From an uncultured Desulfobacter sp. (GTDB lineage: Bacteria; Desulfobacterota; Desulfobacteria; Desulfobacterales; Desulfobacteraceae), in the NCBI GenBank assembly GCA_963665095.1, contig OY762069.1, positions 3,296,001 through 3,360,000 on the forward strand: a stretch of 64,000 nucleotides of DNA, in the 5' to 3' direction. The notes below the pieces were generated by a model. It did not search any database. It was not told the origin of the DNA and was given only the letters and a program-made list of their open reading frames with translations. The position numbers and the translations under genes are program-made. Positions within the stretch are counted from its first letter, which is position 1. Every line of letters begins with the position of its first letter. Below are positions 31,996 through 42,195 of this stretch, piece by piece.

Positions 31996-32062
31996 CTTGA
32001 ACCAAAGGATTAGTACCGAGCTTCGTGCCTCAGCACGGTTACTAATCCTTTATTTGTTATGC
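31996..32062 (+). other. attC-like hairpin of element 2
   Basis: CTTGAAC C AAAGGATTAGT ACCG...CGGT T ACTAATCCTTT ATTT GTT. Confidence 0.8.
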
Positions 32063-32068
32063 ATATTG

Positions 32069-33031
32069 TCAATCTTTTTCAGATAGGCCTATCATAATGC
32101 CATTCGGGGCAAATCTGTCGCAATATGTCTCAATCCCTAATTTAATGATTAACGCTGTTGTCGATACCGCAAGTGCTTTGATCCCAATATTCATACTTGT
32201 CATTGCCGCAATAATCGCACCGCCTAAATATTTTTTATCTAAAACTACAGAAAGCCCATTATTAAACCAAGCCTGATAGATTTCACTTTTAGGGTCGCAT
32301 AATGATCTATAAAGAACTCTTTTAAAGGATGAAAAAACAGTTCGTCCTAATTCCTTTTCTTTGACAATTTCTTCCGGTGCAGGCAATATTTTTTTTTCGT
32401 CATAAGGGAGTTGATCTCCAGAAAAATTATGAATTCTCAATAAATCATTGATGACCTTTCGTGGAAGATGTCTTCCGAAATCCGATAAAATTTCATCTTC
32501 ATTCTTTGTTTGGATCAAAATTCCCGCTTCATTTTCAATTTGTTCAACCCTTAAAACATCGTCGCCTGAATTTTTGAGGGCGGCTAAAGCGGCTTCTTCT
32601 TTGAATCGTTGAATAATTCTTCGTTTGAATTGCCTTCGTCTTTTATCGGATCTGATATATTTGCTTTTTTCCAAAACTGTTTCAATTAAGGGTTCTGCTA
32701 AATCAATATTTTCATTCCTAAGATGACAGATCGCCAACAAAGAAGTTGCTTCCAAATACACTCTCGTTTGAGGATTACTTTTCTTTTGGACTCCGATTAA
32801 GCCGGGAATCGCGATGTGTAGGTTGCCTGATTCCATTGCTGCTTCAAAAAGCCAATTCTTTGCCTGCATTAATCTTGTTTCGTGCCCTGACTGTCTCAGC
32901 AGGTTTTGGATATCATATACTATCTGCTTTGCGAGTTCATAGTTCCCATTTTTAACAGCATTCCTGAGGTTCGGCTCCAAAATTTTCAGCCTTCTTTTCT
33001 GCTGCTTAGTTAATTTAGGCGGTCTTGCCAT
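32069..33031 (-). CDS. Hypothetical helical-repeat (TPR-like) cassette protein
   Basis: 320-aa ORF with AAGGA RBS between complementary core sites. Confidence 0.75.
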   Translation of the reverse strand: MARPPKLTKQQKRRLKILEPNLRNAVKNGNYELAKQIVYDIQNLLRQSGHETRLMQAKNWLFEAAMESGNLHIAIPGLIGVQKKSNPQTRVYLEATSLLAICHLRNENIDLAEPLIETVLEKSKYIRSDKRRRQFKRRIIQRFKEEAALAALKNSGDDVLRVEQIENEAGILIQTKNEDEILSDFGRHLPRKVINDLLRIHNFSGDQLPYDEKKILPAPEEIVKEKELGRTVFSSFKRVLYRSLCDPKSEIYQAWFNNGLSVVLDKKYLGGAIIAAMTSMNIGIKALAVSTTALIIKLGIETYCDRFAPNGIMIGLSEKD

Positions 33032-33051
33032 GTAATTCCTTTATATTCAGG

Positions 33052-33103
33052 GCATAACGGTTCCAAATAAGCGGTATCACCCGCTTTATTTGATTTGTTG
33101 GAA
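33052..33103 (-). other. Short attC site (52 bp)
   Basis: TTCCAAC AAATCAAATAAAGCGG GTGATA CCGCTTATTTGG AACC GTTATGC. Confidence 0.8.
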
Positions 33104-33128
33104 TTCCGTACATCAGATCCATACTCGC

Positions 33129-34295
33129 TTAATGGGGTAACTCGGTTCCTTCGCTCATGATCCGGATATATTCTGAATACGAATAAAGGCGATTACGCTT
33201 CTGGCCGCTTATTTCTTTCACTATACCAAGCTGTTCAAGTTCACGCAGACAGGCATTAACTGTAGCCGGTGCAAGTCGCGTTTTCTTTTGGACCCAATTG
33301 GGTGAAGCCATTGGACGCTCGAGCATTGCCTTATGAACGAGATGGGCCGAACCGGATATACGTTTCAGTCCGTTAATACGCACTCCATCTTCAGCAGACA
33401 GTTTCATAAGTTGCTGAACGGTTTCAACGGCTTTGGTTGCTGTATAAATAACGGCATCGACAAAGAAATTGAGCCAAGCCTCCCAGTCACCGGTCAGCCG
33501 TACTTCGTTCAAAAGCTCATAATAACGTTGTCGGTATGTTTTGAAATAGAGGCTAAGATACAGCATCGGTTCCTTGAGTACTTTTTCAGAACACAACAAC
33601 AGGGTTATTATCAAGCGGCCGAGACGACCATTACCATCAAGGAATGGATGGATGGTTTCAAACTGGACATGTGCCATTGCCGCCTTGATCAACACAGGCG
33701 TTTTTTCCGGAAGATCATGTAGAAACAGTTCCAGTTTCCCCATACATTCTTGAAGATATTCAGGTGGTGGGGGTACAAAAGCGGCATTACCAGGGCGACT
33801 TCCACCAATCCAGTTTTGACTCCTTCGAAATTCACCAGGATCACATTCTTTGCCACGACCTTTCGATAGCAATACACTATGGATCTCTTTGAGCAACCTG
33901 AGCGAAAGAGGGAAATCCTCTTTAAGTCGTCTGAGACCATGATTGAGAGCTGCTACATAGTTGCTTACCTCCTGCACATCATCTAAGGGAACTCCGGGTT
34001 GATGTTCGAATTCAAACATCAAAAGGTCCGAGAGTGAGGATTGAGTGCCCTCGATCATAGAAGAAAGTACCGCTTCCTTGCGCACATACATATAAAGGAA
34101 AAGCGATGTGTCCGGAAGCAGTACTGAGACACTGTCCAGGCGGCCAAGGGCCAGCAGAGCCTGGTCAAATTTTTCCCTGAGTTTGGATGACCATTCAATG
34201 GGAGGTGCCGGCGGCAAAGGGGCTGGAATGAATGCTTGAGTCTTTTCTCCAACTGTCGATATATTTATATATTGGCCTTGCAGATCTCTTTTCAT
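33129..34295 (-). CDS. Fic-family protein (DUF4172-like N-terminus, C-terminal HTH)
   Basis: EAVLSSMIEG inhibitory motif, HPFLDGNGRLGR catalytic motif. Confidence 0.93.
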   Translation of the reverse strand: MKRDLQGQYINISTVGEKTQAFIPAPLPPAPPIEWSSKLREKFDQALLALGRLDSVSVLLPDTSLFLYMYVRKEAVLSSMIEGTQSSLSDLLMFEFEHQPGVPLDDVQEVSNYVAALNHGLRRLKEDFPLSLRLLKEIHSVLLSKGRGKECDPGEFRRSQNWIGGSRPGNAAFVPPPPEYLQECMGKLELFLHDLPEKTPVLIKAAMAHVQFETIHPFLDGNGRLGRLIITLLLCSEKVLKEPMLYLSLYFKTYRQRYYELLNEVRLTGDWEAWLNFFVDAVIYTATKAVETVQQLMKLSAEDGVRINGLKRISGSAHLVHKAMLERPMASPNWVQKKTRLAPATVNACLRELEQLGIVKEISGQKRNRLYSYSEYIRIMSEGTELPH

Positions 34296-34352
34296 ATTTT
34301 TATTTCAATGTTTGAATTTGCAGGTTTTTTATTTCAAATTACATCTCAATCT

Positions 34353-34381
34353 AAAATAATGTCCTGTTGATATACTGTCAA
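34353..34381 (-). promoter_or_regulatory. Putative sigma-70 promoter of the fic cassette
   Basis: TTGACA-17 bp-TATTTT; TTGAAATAAAAA repeated twice downstream. Confidence 0.6.
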
Positions 34382-34449
34382 GAGACACACTATGATTGAC
34401 CAAAAATATCCGCCTGAGGATATTATTTATTTAATGCTGCGCAGCCGCC

Positions 34450-34538
34450 GTAAAACGTTGAGTTAAGCGGAAAAATTATAACCCAAAAACAACGTAAAAC
34501 CCGGCGGGTATTTTTCCGTCTTCAACTCTTTGTTACAT
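34450..34538 (-). other. attC site closing the IS91-like transposase cassette
   Basis: ATGTAAC AAAGA GTTGAAG ACGGAAAAAT...ATTTTTCCG CTTAAC TCAAC GTTTTAC; extrahelical G in L''. Confidence 0.85.
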
Positions 34539-34794
34539 TAACCGGGTCGAAGCCTCGCAGTTGATTTCTTGGGTAAAAGCAGGGGAATCCTTTTTTTCAA
34601 ACTTAGATTTAACAGCACAGATTTTAAAATTTGCCTGGTAAAATTGAGTGAGCATTAAGATTCTTCCTTCTATTTTATCCGGTCAGGCTTGAAAAAGAGC
34701 CGAAAAACCTGGTACCGGAGCGGATTGCCGATACGAGTCCCTGACAGGGAACTGCCTATTTTGATATCGGTAATTGTTTCCAAAGTAAAGCTTT

Positions 34795-36027
34795 TTATGG
34801 TTCCCCTGATTTAGCCGGAATTTGCTTGGCCTTGGTTTTTGGTAAGTCGTCTTTCACCACGTTGCCATGACCGTCCAGCACCAGGATCGTTATCATGTTC
34901 CCTTTGCCGCAGGCCGGGCATTGAGGCGTCTGTTCTTTCAGGGGTTCAGGATCAGGGGTATCCCGGTCATTCAATGCCTGGCGTATTTCCGATATATTTC
35001 GCCCTGCCTGCCCGTTGGCCAGAAACCCATAATATCTGATCCGGTGAAAGTGTTTTGGAAGAACATGCAAAAGGAAACGATCAATGAAGCTCATTACCGG
35101 TAAAGAAGTTGTTTCCCACTTGGATTTATTCCGGGTGTTTTTAAACCAGAACTCCACAGTCTCGTTGTTAACGGATATAATCCTGTTGTTGCTGATGGCT
35201 GTTGAATGGGTGTATCTACCGATATATTTAACGACTTCGGCTGGACCTGAGAATGGTGGTTTGGAATATACCACCCAGTCTTTTGGAGCGGTATGGTACA
35301 GCCATTGCCTGAATGCGCAGGGTTTTGAAAAATGAGCCAGTTCATCCGGGATGTTTAATCGTCCTCGACCGTGGGCTGCAATAAGGCCGTTAAGGAACTT
35401 TGCCCTGAATACATTTGAAAGCGCTTTGACCGGAAACAGGAATGTTGAGCTGTACTTGGGCTCCACCCATTCCCCATAAGTGTTTATTCCGCCTGCAGTG
35501 ACAATGAAATGGATGTGGGGATGCAGCCAGAGTTTGCCGCCCCAGGTGTGGAGGATACCGTAGAACCCGATCTTGGCTCCAAGACGCTTTGGATTCTCCC
35601 CGAATTCCAGCAGGGTCTGGGAGGCGCTTTCAAACAACAGGTCATACATTACCCGCCGGTTGAACCGGCACAAAGGGTTGAAGATATCCGGCAATGTGAA
35701 AACGCAGTGGTGATAGGACACCGGAAGCAGATCGTTGATCCTGGCCGTCACCCATCTGTGACGGGCGATATTGTTTCAACCCGGACAATGGCGGTTCCGG
35801 CAGGAGTTGTATCCTTTTTCAAGGTGGCCGCATGTGTCGCATAGCTCCCAGTGGGTGCCAAATTCTCCGCGTCGGCAGTGCTCGATATCGTACATAACCT
35901 TGTGTTGTCTGGGGTGCAGGCGGTGTGCTGATCTGAAGGGAGGACCGTATTTTCTAAATATATCTCCGACGCTTGGACCGGTTTCGGGTTTTTCAGGGAG
36001 CTTGGTATGGCTGCAAAGTGTTTTCAT
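34795..36027 (-). CDS. IS91-family HUH transposase with in-frame TGA at 35776-35778 (pseudogene or selenoprotein)
   Basis: Both ORFs are in one frame: SCRNRHCPG*NNIARHRWVTAR; LHTWG...HPHIH, YIGRY, RFLLHVLP. Confidence 0.85.
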
Positions 36028-36145
36028 CGGTTATGGAAGCCCGTTCTCCGGAAAAGTTTGCACCATAGATTATGAAGTCCTTATTTTATAGGCGTTTCGA
36101 GCTCTGCAGTTGGCTTCAAGATGTTGCATTCACCGTCCAGGTTTA

Positions 36146-36195
36146 ATGTAACGGCCAAAATCTGCGGCTTGTCCGCAGCATTTTGATTGTTGGAT
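36146..36195 (-). other. Short attC site (50 bp)
   Basis: ATCCAAC AATCA AAATGCTG CGG ACAAG CCG CAGATTT TGGCC GTTACAT. Confidence 0.85.
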
Positions 36196-36366
36196 ATTCT
36201 TCTTTTTCTATATTGCCATTTTTGGCTCTCAAAAAGCGATTATAGGACCATTTTTAGGCGTTTTTAGGACTTAAATTGCATAATTTATTTCATTATGCTT
36301 GATCCGACCCCGTGGTTAGAAAAGTTTTCCATATCTCTCCTCTTTGAAAATTACCGGCTGACCGGT

Positions 36367-38886
36367 TTATTTTTTTTGCAAATCAACTTCCATAAATGGG
36401 AGGAAATAATTATCAACGATTCTTTTTGAATTGATTGGCGAACTGGTTAAGATGTGATTACACTCTCTTTCAAGTTCTTCATCGGAGAGTTGTGAGGAAC
36501 AAAGTTTTTTTAATACGCTCCGGGTGTCCGATACTAAGGCAGTTAATTTCTCATATGTAAGTGCATGAGACGCTCCGGCGACGGCGGCTTCTGTCGCAAT
36601 ATTTTTTGGGTGCACTGAAACACGAACACATTTATAGTCCTTATAATTTTTAGCGAACCATTCTGCCGCGACTAAAAGTTGACCATGCTCTTCTTTAGTA
36701 AGAGCATTTTTTTCTTTTTTTCTGCTTTTTGCTTCTATGACAAAACCGAGTTTATTGGGCAATAGCCAGAGAACATCTGGCCCTTTCCCATTAATATCAT
36801 GCCGTTCTGAAGAGAATCCAAGTACATTGGCGAGATCTGCCAATGCTTTTTCAAATTTATTTGATGAAGCATTGGCATGAAGTTGCACAACAATTTCTTC
36901 AAAAGATTGTAAAAAGCCTCTGCGCAGTCTGTAACCGCCTATTTGTTTTACAATAGCTTGGGCTTGTTTATTTGGCACAGTTAGAGGCCTATATGGTGGC
37001 AAGATTTTTGGCCTAATAAGATTACGATTATGTGCGAATGCCTGTTTTTGTAAATCTTCGGATCTCTCTGTGTTGCCCCACTTGTCTGCGATTCTGGCTC
37101 CTAGCTGTTCCATCCAACCACGAGTCTGTGAATCCAATATACTATCATGAGTTAAAAATTTTTCAATTTTTGTAATTGCCTGTTCGTGATAACCGTCATG
37201 CCAGAGGTTAATGGCTTTTCGTTCTGTTGCAGCTTGATCATAATTTTGAACACCTTGACTTTCTTCATCTACCAACTCCGCAAGTGTTTCTGCATGATAT
37301 TCAGTCCAGTCAGTATCGCGGCTAAAGCTTCGTTCTATGGCCTTGGCCAAATCCTTTAACTCTTTTACCTCTTTGCTAACTTCAGTACCAATTTCTAATT
37401 GAGCTCTTGTGGCAATGGTTAGATATCGGAAATTAGCATCTTTCGCAATCCAGGCGGCTAAATTAGCCCCTGAAAGTATTACAACACAGTGATCGCCTGA
37501 GCCTCTCGCTCCTCGCCCAATTCCCTGTTCAATACGTTGTGCAAGCATTCTAATAATTGTCGCACCATTATAAAGGGCACTGGCTCTGTATAGCTCATAA
37601 GTTGAGGTCCCTGCGGGCAATCCGTGCATGATAAGTAGGCGACAAGAGTCACCTGGTAAATCAATCCCATCATATCTATTAGAGAACACAGCCGGACCGA
37701 ATGTTTTTCCCGTTTGCAATTCCTCTACTATTCTTTCAACGTCAGCAGATCCTTTGGCCACAGTTGCTACATCATTCCAGTCAGAAGCAATTTTATCTGA
37801 TGGTGTGAGCACAACAGCTCCCAACTTTTTTTTATCAGATGTCCAGTCAATCAATTTTTTTATTGCTTCATTTACATTAAAATCAAATGGCATTAAATCC
37901 GGAATCAAAATCATTCTCTCACTAACGCCTGCTAAGGAGCGAGATGTAAGAGCCTCTGTAACTGATTCTGGATTTGCATCAAAGGTACGAATTATTTCAC
38001 TATCATCCGCAATTGTAGCGGACATATAAATGCGGCGAGGTGCTTCAGCAAAGGTAGGGAAGGCATTAACCAAAGGGAGTATAGGTGTGATAGTAAAAGC
38101 ATCTTTGCTGATAAGTGCGTGGCAGAGATGGAGATTGTCTCGTAATAGTGGCCAAATTAAACGGTAGCTGTCAGCATCGGATTTGATTTGCTCACGAACG
38201 GTGTCAAGCTGTTCATGCCAAGCCCAATAAGGGACTTCTAAAACTCCATACTCAGCACCCGAAACTATATCATCAAATGAGCCCAACTTATCTATGTCCC
38301 TGAATGCTTTTCTAAATAACTCAGTTAAACGCTCATATCGATCTCCGTTATTTTTCAATATATCGAGCGTGAAGGACTCTCGAACCGTTGAAAATGCGGC
38401 ATGTGCATCATCAAGTATGATTGCCGCTACTTTTTGGGGATACCCTGAGCCACGTATTCCGAATTTACTCAAACCATGAAATAGCGCCTTATAGGTAGCG
38501 ACCATTATGGCGTTCCCATTAACAAAATCATCATTCAATGGCCGCCCCCTTTCGTAGGCTACCGCTGAAATTCCATGAGCTTTTGCTTTTTCAAGTGTTT
38601 GATTCACAAGTTGTACAGTTGGTGACAAATACAATACTGGTTCACCAGTTTCATTAAGTGTAGACTGTGCAATCAGAAGTCCAACTAAAGTTTTCCCACC
38701 CCCAGTGTGCAATTTTAAAACTACATCTTGATTGGATCGAGTTTCAAACCATGATTGAAGAACCCCAGCTTGACTTGTGTAAAGGTCATTTATCCCTGGC
38801 GGTTTTGGTAAACGGCGGAAAATTTCTGCTGGGTCAAGTTGTTTTGTTTTTTTCTTTTTAGTTCTTAATTTACCAAAATCTACCAT
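36367..38886 (-). CDS. SF2 helicase with C-terminal PD-(D/E)xK nuclease-like domain (Hna-like anti-phage protein)
   Basis: HTGGGKT, DDAH, MSAT, QGIGRGAR; C-terminal GPDVLW...IEAKS; 839 aa, intact. Confidence 0.75.
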   Translation of the reverse strand: MVDFGKLRTKKKKTKQLDPAEIFRRLPKPPGINDLYTSQAGVLQSWFETRSNQDVVLKLHTGGGKTLVGLLIAQSTLNETGEPVLYLSPTVQLVNQTLEKAKAHGISAVAYERGRPLNDDFVNGNAIMVATYKALFHGLSKFGIRGSGYPQKVAAIILDDAHAAFSTVRESFTLDILKNNGDRYERLTELFRKAFRDIDKLGSFDDIVSGAEYGVLEVPYWAWHEQLDTVREQIKSDADSYRLIWPLLRDNLHLCHALISKDAFTITPILPLVNAFPTFAEAPRRIYMSATIADDSEIIRTFDANPESVTEALTSRSLAGVSERMILIPDLMPFDFNVNEAIKKLIDWTSDKKKLGAVVLTPSDKIASDWNDVATVAKGSADVERIVEELQTGKTFGPAVFSNRYDGIDLPGDSCRLLIMHGLPAGTSTYELYRASALYNGATIIRMLAQRIEQGIGRGARGSGDHCVVILSGANLAAWIAKDANFRYLTIATRAQLEIGTEVSKEVKELKDLAKAIERSFSRDTDWTEYHAETLAELVDEESQGVQNYDQAATERKAINLWHDGYHEQAITKIEKFLTHDSILDSQTRGWMEQLGARIADKWGNTERSEDLQKQAFAHNRNLIRPKILPPYRPLTVPNKQAQAIVKQIGGYRLRRGFLQSFEEIVVQLHANASSNKFEKALADLANVLGFSSERHDINGKGPDVLWLLPNKLGFVIEAKSRKKEKNALTKEEHGQLLVAAEWFAKNYKDYKCVRVSVHPKNIATEAAVAGASHALTYEKLTALVSDTRSVLKKLCSSQLSDEELERECNHILTSSPINSKRIVDNYFLPFMEVDLQKK

Positions 38887-38994
38887 CGTAATTCCTCAAT
38901 TAAAATATGGAGGGTGTTTACAGCAGGAATAAATTAATATTTTTTAAACCCACCGGATTATATATCACAAGTATTCAACATTCTATTTGAAATT

Positions 38995-39045
38995 CGTTAA
39001 CATTGAACATCTGCGGCTTGCCCGCCAGCATGTTCGTTGTTGGAA
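38995..39045 (-). other. Short attC site (51 bp)
   Basis: TTCCAAC AACGAACATGCTG GCGGGCAAGCCG CAGATGTTCAAT GTTAACG; centre related to attC 36146-36195. Confidence 0.8.
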
Positions 39046-39097
39046 TCACGTATACTGTCCTCTTATCTTCAATGTTCACTTTAATTCAAGCAATGGG

Positions 39098-42000
39098 TGT
39101 AGATTCCCGAAATAATCTGAACAAAAACCCGCCAAATTTTTCATATTAAATTGACAAAGTTCCATTTTTCTCAAATTATCCTGTACAGGTTCTGATCAAA
39201 GCATTCTGACAAAAATGAAAAGGGCGAAAAGCTTTGCAGAGCCTCGCCCTTAAGACCGGGATTTATAAAATCCCAAAACAACCATAAAAATGATAATAAA
39301 GGTCAAAGCTGATATCAAGCAAATTTTCAAGCAGGGCAAAAATTTTACATGGCCAAAACCGTCACGATGTCCACATTGCAACGACTCCAGGCTGTGGGGA
39401 CACGGCTTTGTACTCTCCTTTTTTGATGGATTTGATCAAGGGGTGTATTTGAAGCGATATCGCTGCCCCTATTGCAAAACCGTATTCAAATTGAAGCCAT
39501 ATGGTTTTTTCAAGAGGTTCCAGGCCAGTATCTGGCAAATCCTTACCAGCATTATGAGTCGTCTATACACAGACCGGTATCTGCCGGAACTCTCCTGGAG
39601 TCGACAGCATTTTTGGTTTACTGCATTGAAACGAAATATAGCGGCCTACCTGTCCAACAGTTGGGACAAAGGTGTGGTTGCTGGTTTTATCAAGCTAATC
39701 GGTATGGGTAAAATCCCGGTTACCAGTTCAATTTAACCATGGGGCTGGATCAGGTTTAAACCACCCTACCGAAGGCTGTGATTTACCGAAGGATCATACT
39801 GTCATACAAGCCCTTAGAACCAAATTTTAAGGAGGAAGTATGACAGAAAATCAGAAAAAAGAGGTTGCCGTGTTCAGGTTTGGGGTCATTTGTGAATTTG
39901 TGACCGGAACAAATTTTGATTACGGTGAAAAAGAACGAATTTTACAGCAGAAGTGCGCCCGCAAATGGTCCATCCCGTATTCTGGAAGGACCAGGCTTTC
40001 CAGAAGTACGATTCTGGGATGGGTCCGGCAGTATAACGGTCGAATAGAGTCTCTTTACCCCAAAGACCGTTCAGACCAGGGAAAATCAAGGGTATTCGAT
40101 GACGAGACTGCATCTCAACTAATCAAACTCCGGTTAGACCAGCCTGATGCGACAGTCGATACATTGATCTGTTCACTTCAAAAAACTACATGCCAGACAT
40201 ACAGTCCATCCAGTGTATACCGTTTTTTACGCGGCCGGGGGCTAATGAACACGGCCCGGCCAGAGGATAGAAGAAAGTTTGAAGCCCCGCACCCCAATGA
40301 TATGTGGCAAAGCGACGTCATGCACGGCCCTACAGTCCTGGTTCAGGATAAGCAAAGAAAAACGTACCTGATTGCCATTATGGACGATCATTCCAGGCTG
40401 GTTACGGCTGCAGGTTTTTATTTATCTGAGAATCTGAAGACCTATCTTATGGTGCTGGAGCAGGCTTTTTTGAGCCGTGGGCTTCCCCGCAAGCTGTATG
40501 TAGATAACGGTCCTGCGTTCAGATCCCATCATTTAAAATATGTAGCAGCGTCTCTGTCCATCGCTTTAATCCATGCAAGGCCATATAAGCCCCAGGGGAA
40601 AGGTAAAATCGAGCGCTGGTTCAGAACGGTTCGGCTTCAGTTTCTGCAAAGATTTACAGGTAAGACCCTGGATGATCTGAATGGGGCATTTGAGAAGTGG
40701 CTTCATAATGAGTACCATCAGCGTAAACACAGCTCCACAGGCGAATCACCGTTTAAAAGATTTACCTCGGCCATGGAGTGCATCCGTACCGCCCCACCGG
40801 ATCTGAAAGACCACTTCCGCAAAACCGCCCGGCGCAAGGTGGCAAAGGACCGAACCATCACCCTTGACGGCAACATGTTTGAGGCCCCGGTTGCGCTGAT
40901 CGGCAGACATGTGGATGTAAAGTACCATGAGGACACCCCTTTGCAGGCTGAAGTTATCTATAAAGCAAAGTCTTATGGCTTGTTAACCCCGGTGGACCTT
41001 GCTGTGAACTGTCGGGTCAAGCGGCACCGCTGGAACGAAAATGATATCCGGATTATGCCTGAACCCTCAAATTACAAGGGAGGGCAACTGTTATGAGTGA
41101 AATGTATCGTACCTTTTTTGGCTTATATAGGGAGGCCTTCCCGGCGCAGATAGAAATCAATGATATCCTGGTCACCCCGGAGGTCTCGGGCGTTAAAAAT
41201 CGGATTGATTATTCCTTAAGACTTGGCTGCAGTGCGGTTATCACAGGGGATGTGGGCAGCGGAAAGTCCACCGCCTTAAGGTATGCCGCCTCATCCCTAC
41301 ACCCTTCGGAATACAAAGTCTTTTATGTTACGGCCTCAAGCGGTTCCATCATGGAACTTTACCGGCAGATTGTTGAAGAACTGGGCATAGAGCGGACATC
41401 GACGTCCCGCGCTGTTATGATCTCCATTATTAAAAATGAAATACGTGAATTCGTCCTGGGAAAAAAGATCAAAACCGTTTTGATTATAGATGAGGCATCT
41501 CTGCTTCGCATGGAAGTCTTTGCCGAACTTCACACCCTGGTTCAATTTGAAAAAGACGCCATGCCCTGGCTGCCTGTGATCCTTGCAGGTCAGCCGACAT
41601 TGATAGATAAGCTTCAGTACCGGACGTCAATCCCGTTTGCATCCAGGATTGTGGCTAAAAGCCATCTGGATGGTCTGGATGTGGCTGGAATGAAAACTTA
41701 CCTGATCCATCATTTAAAACTATGCGGTGTTGACACCAACTTTTTTTCTGACCAGGCGGTGACTGCGATTCATCAAGGCTCCGGCGGCCTTTTACGAAAG
41801 GCGAATAATCTTGCCAGAGGCTCATTGATTGCTGCTGCGGCAGAAAAATCAATGACGGTATCTGCAGAGCATGTCCGCATTGCTTCATCGGAAATTTTTT
41901 AAGAAAAAACAGCCATAGAGCAGAATATTACGATTTCGGTGAAACGGAGCCGGGCTCTGCTGAGGAGCAACCTGGTAAGGGATAGCCGGAAGCAGGCAGC

Positions 42001-42195
42001 ATTGAATAATGCGCCAGGGGAAGTGGGGATTACCTGCTTCCCCTTTCTGCTTTATTCAAGCTGTTCTGCCTATGCCTTAAAAACCTACTGAGAAGGAGCG
42101 CAGCGACTTCTGTAGCTGTCTTAAATAATATGGAAAAGATTTAATCTGTTCAAAATAATTAGAAAATTTAAGTCAGGATAAAATGCGACTCAACA
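39098..42195 (+). mobile_element. Transposon type A, copy 2 (ORFs 39290-39736, 39840-41096, 41093-41902)
   Basis: Near-identical to 4805-7902; 5-bp duplication ATGGG. Confidence 0.92.

Larger units (their letters stand above)
29662..32056 (+). mobile_element. Tyrosine recombinase + IS91-like transposase element 2 with cassette-like ends, inverted relative to the array
   Basis: Starts G|TTCAAGTAAGCGCTACGCGC, ends GGCTTCTTGAAC-hairpin-G|TT; TTGTT at both junctions. Confidence 0.88.
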
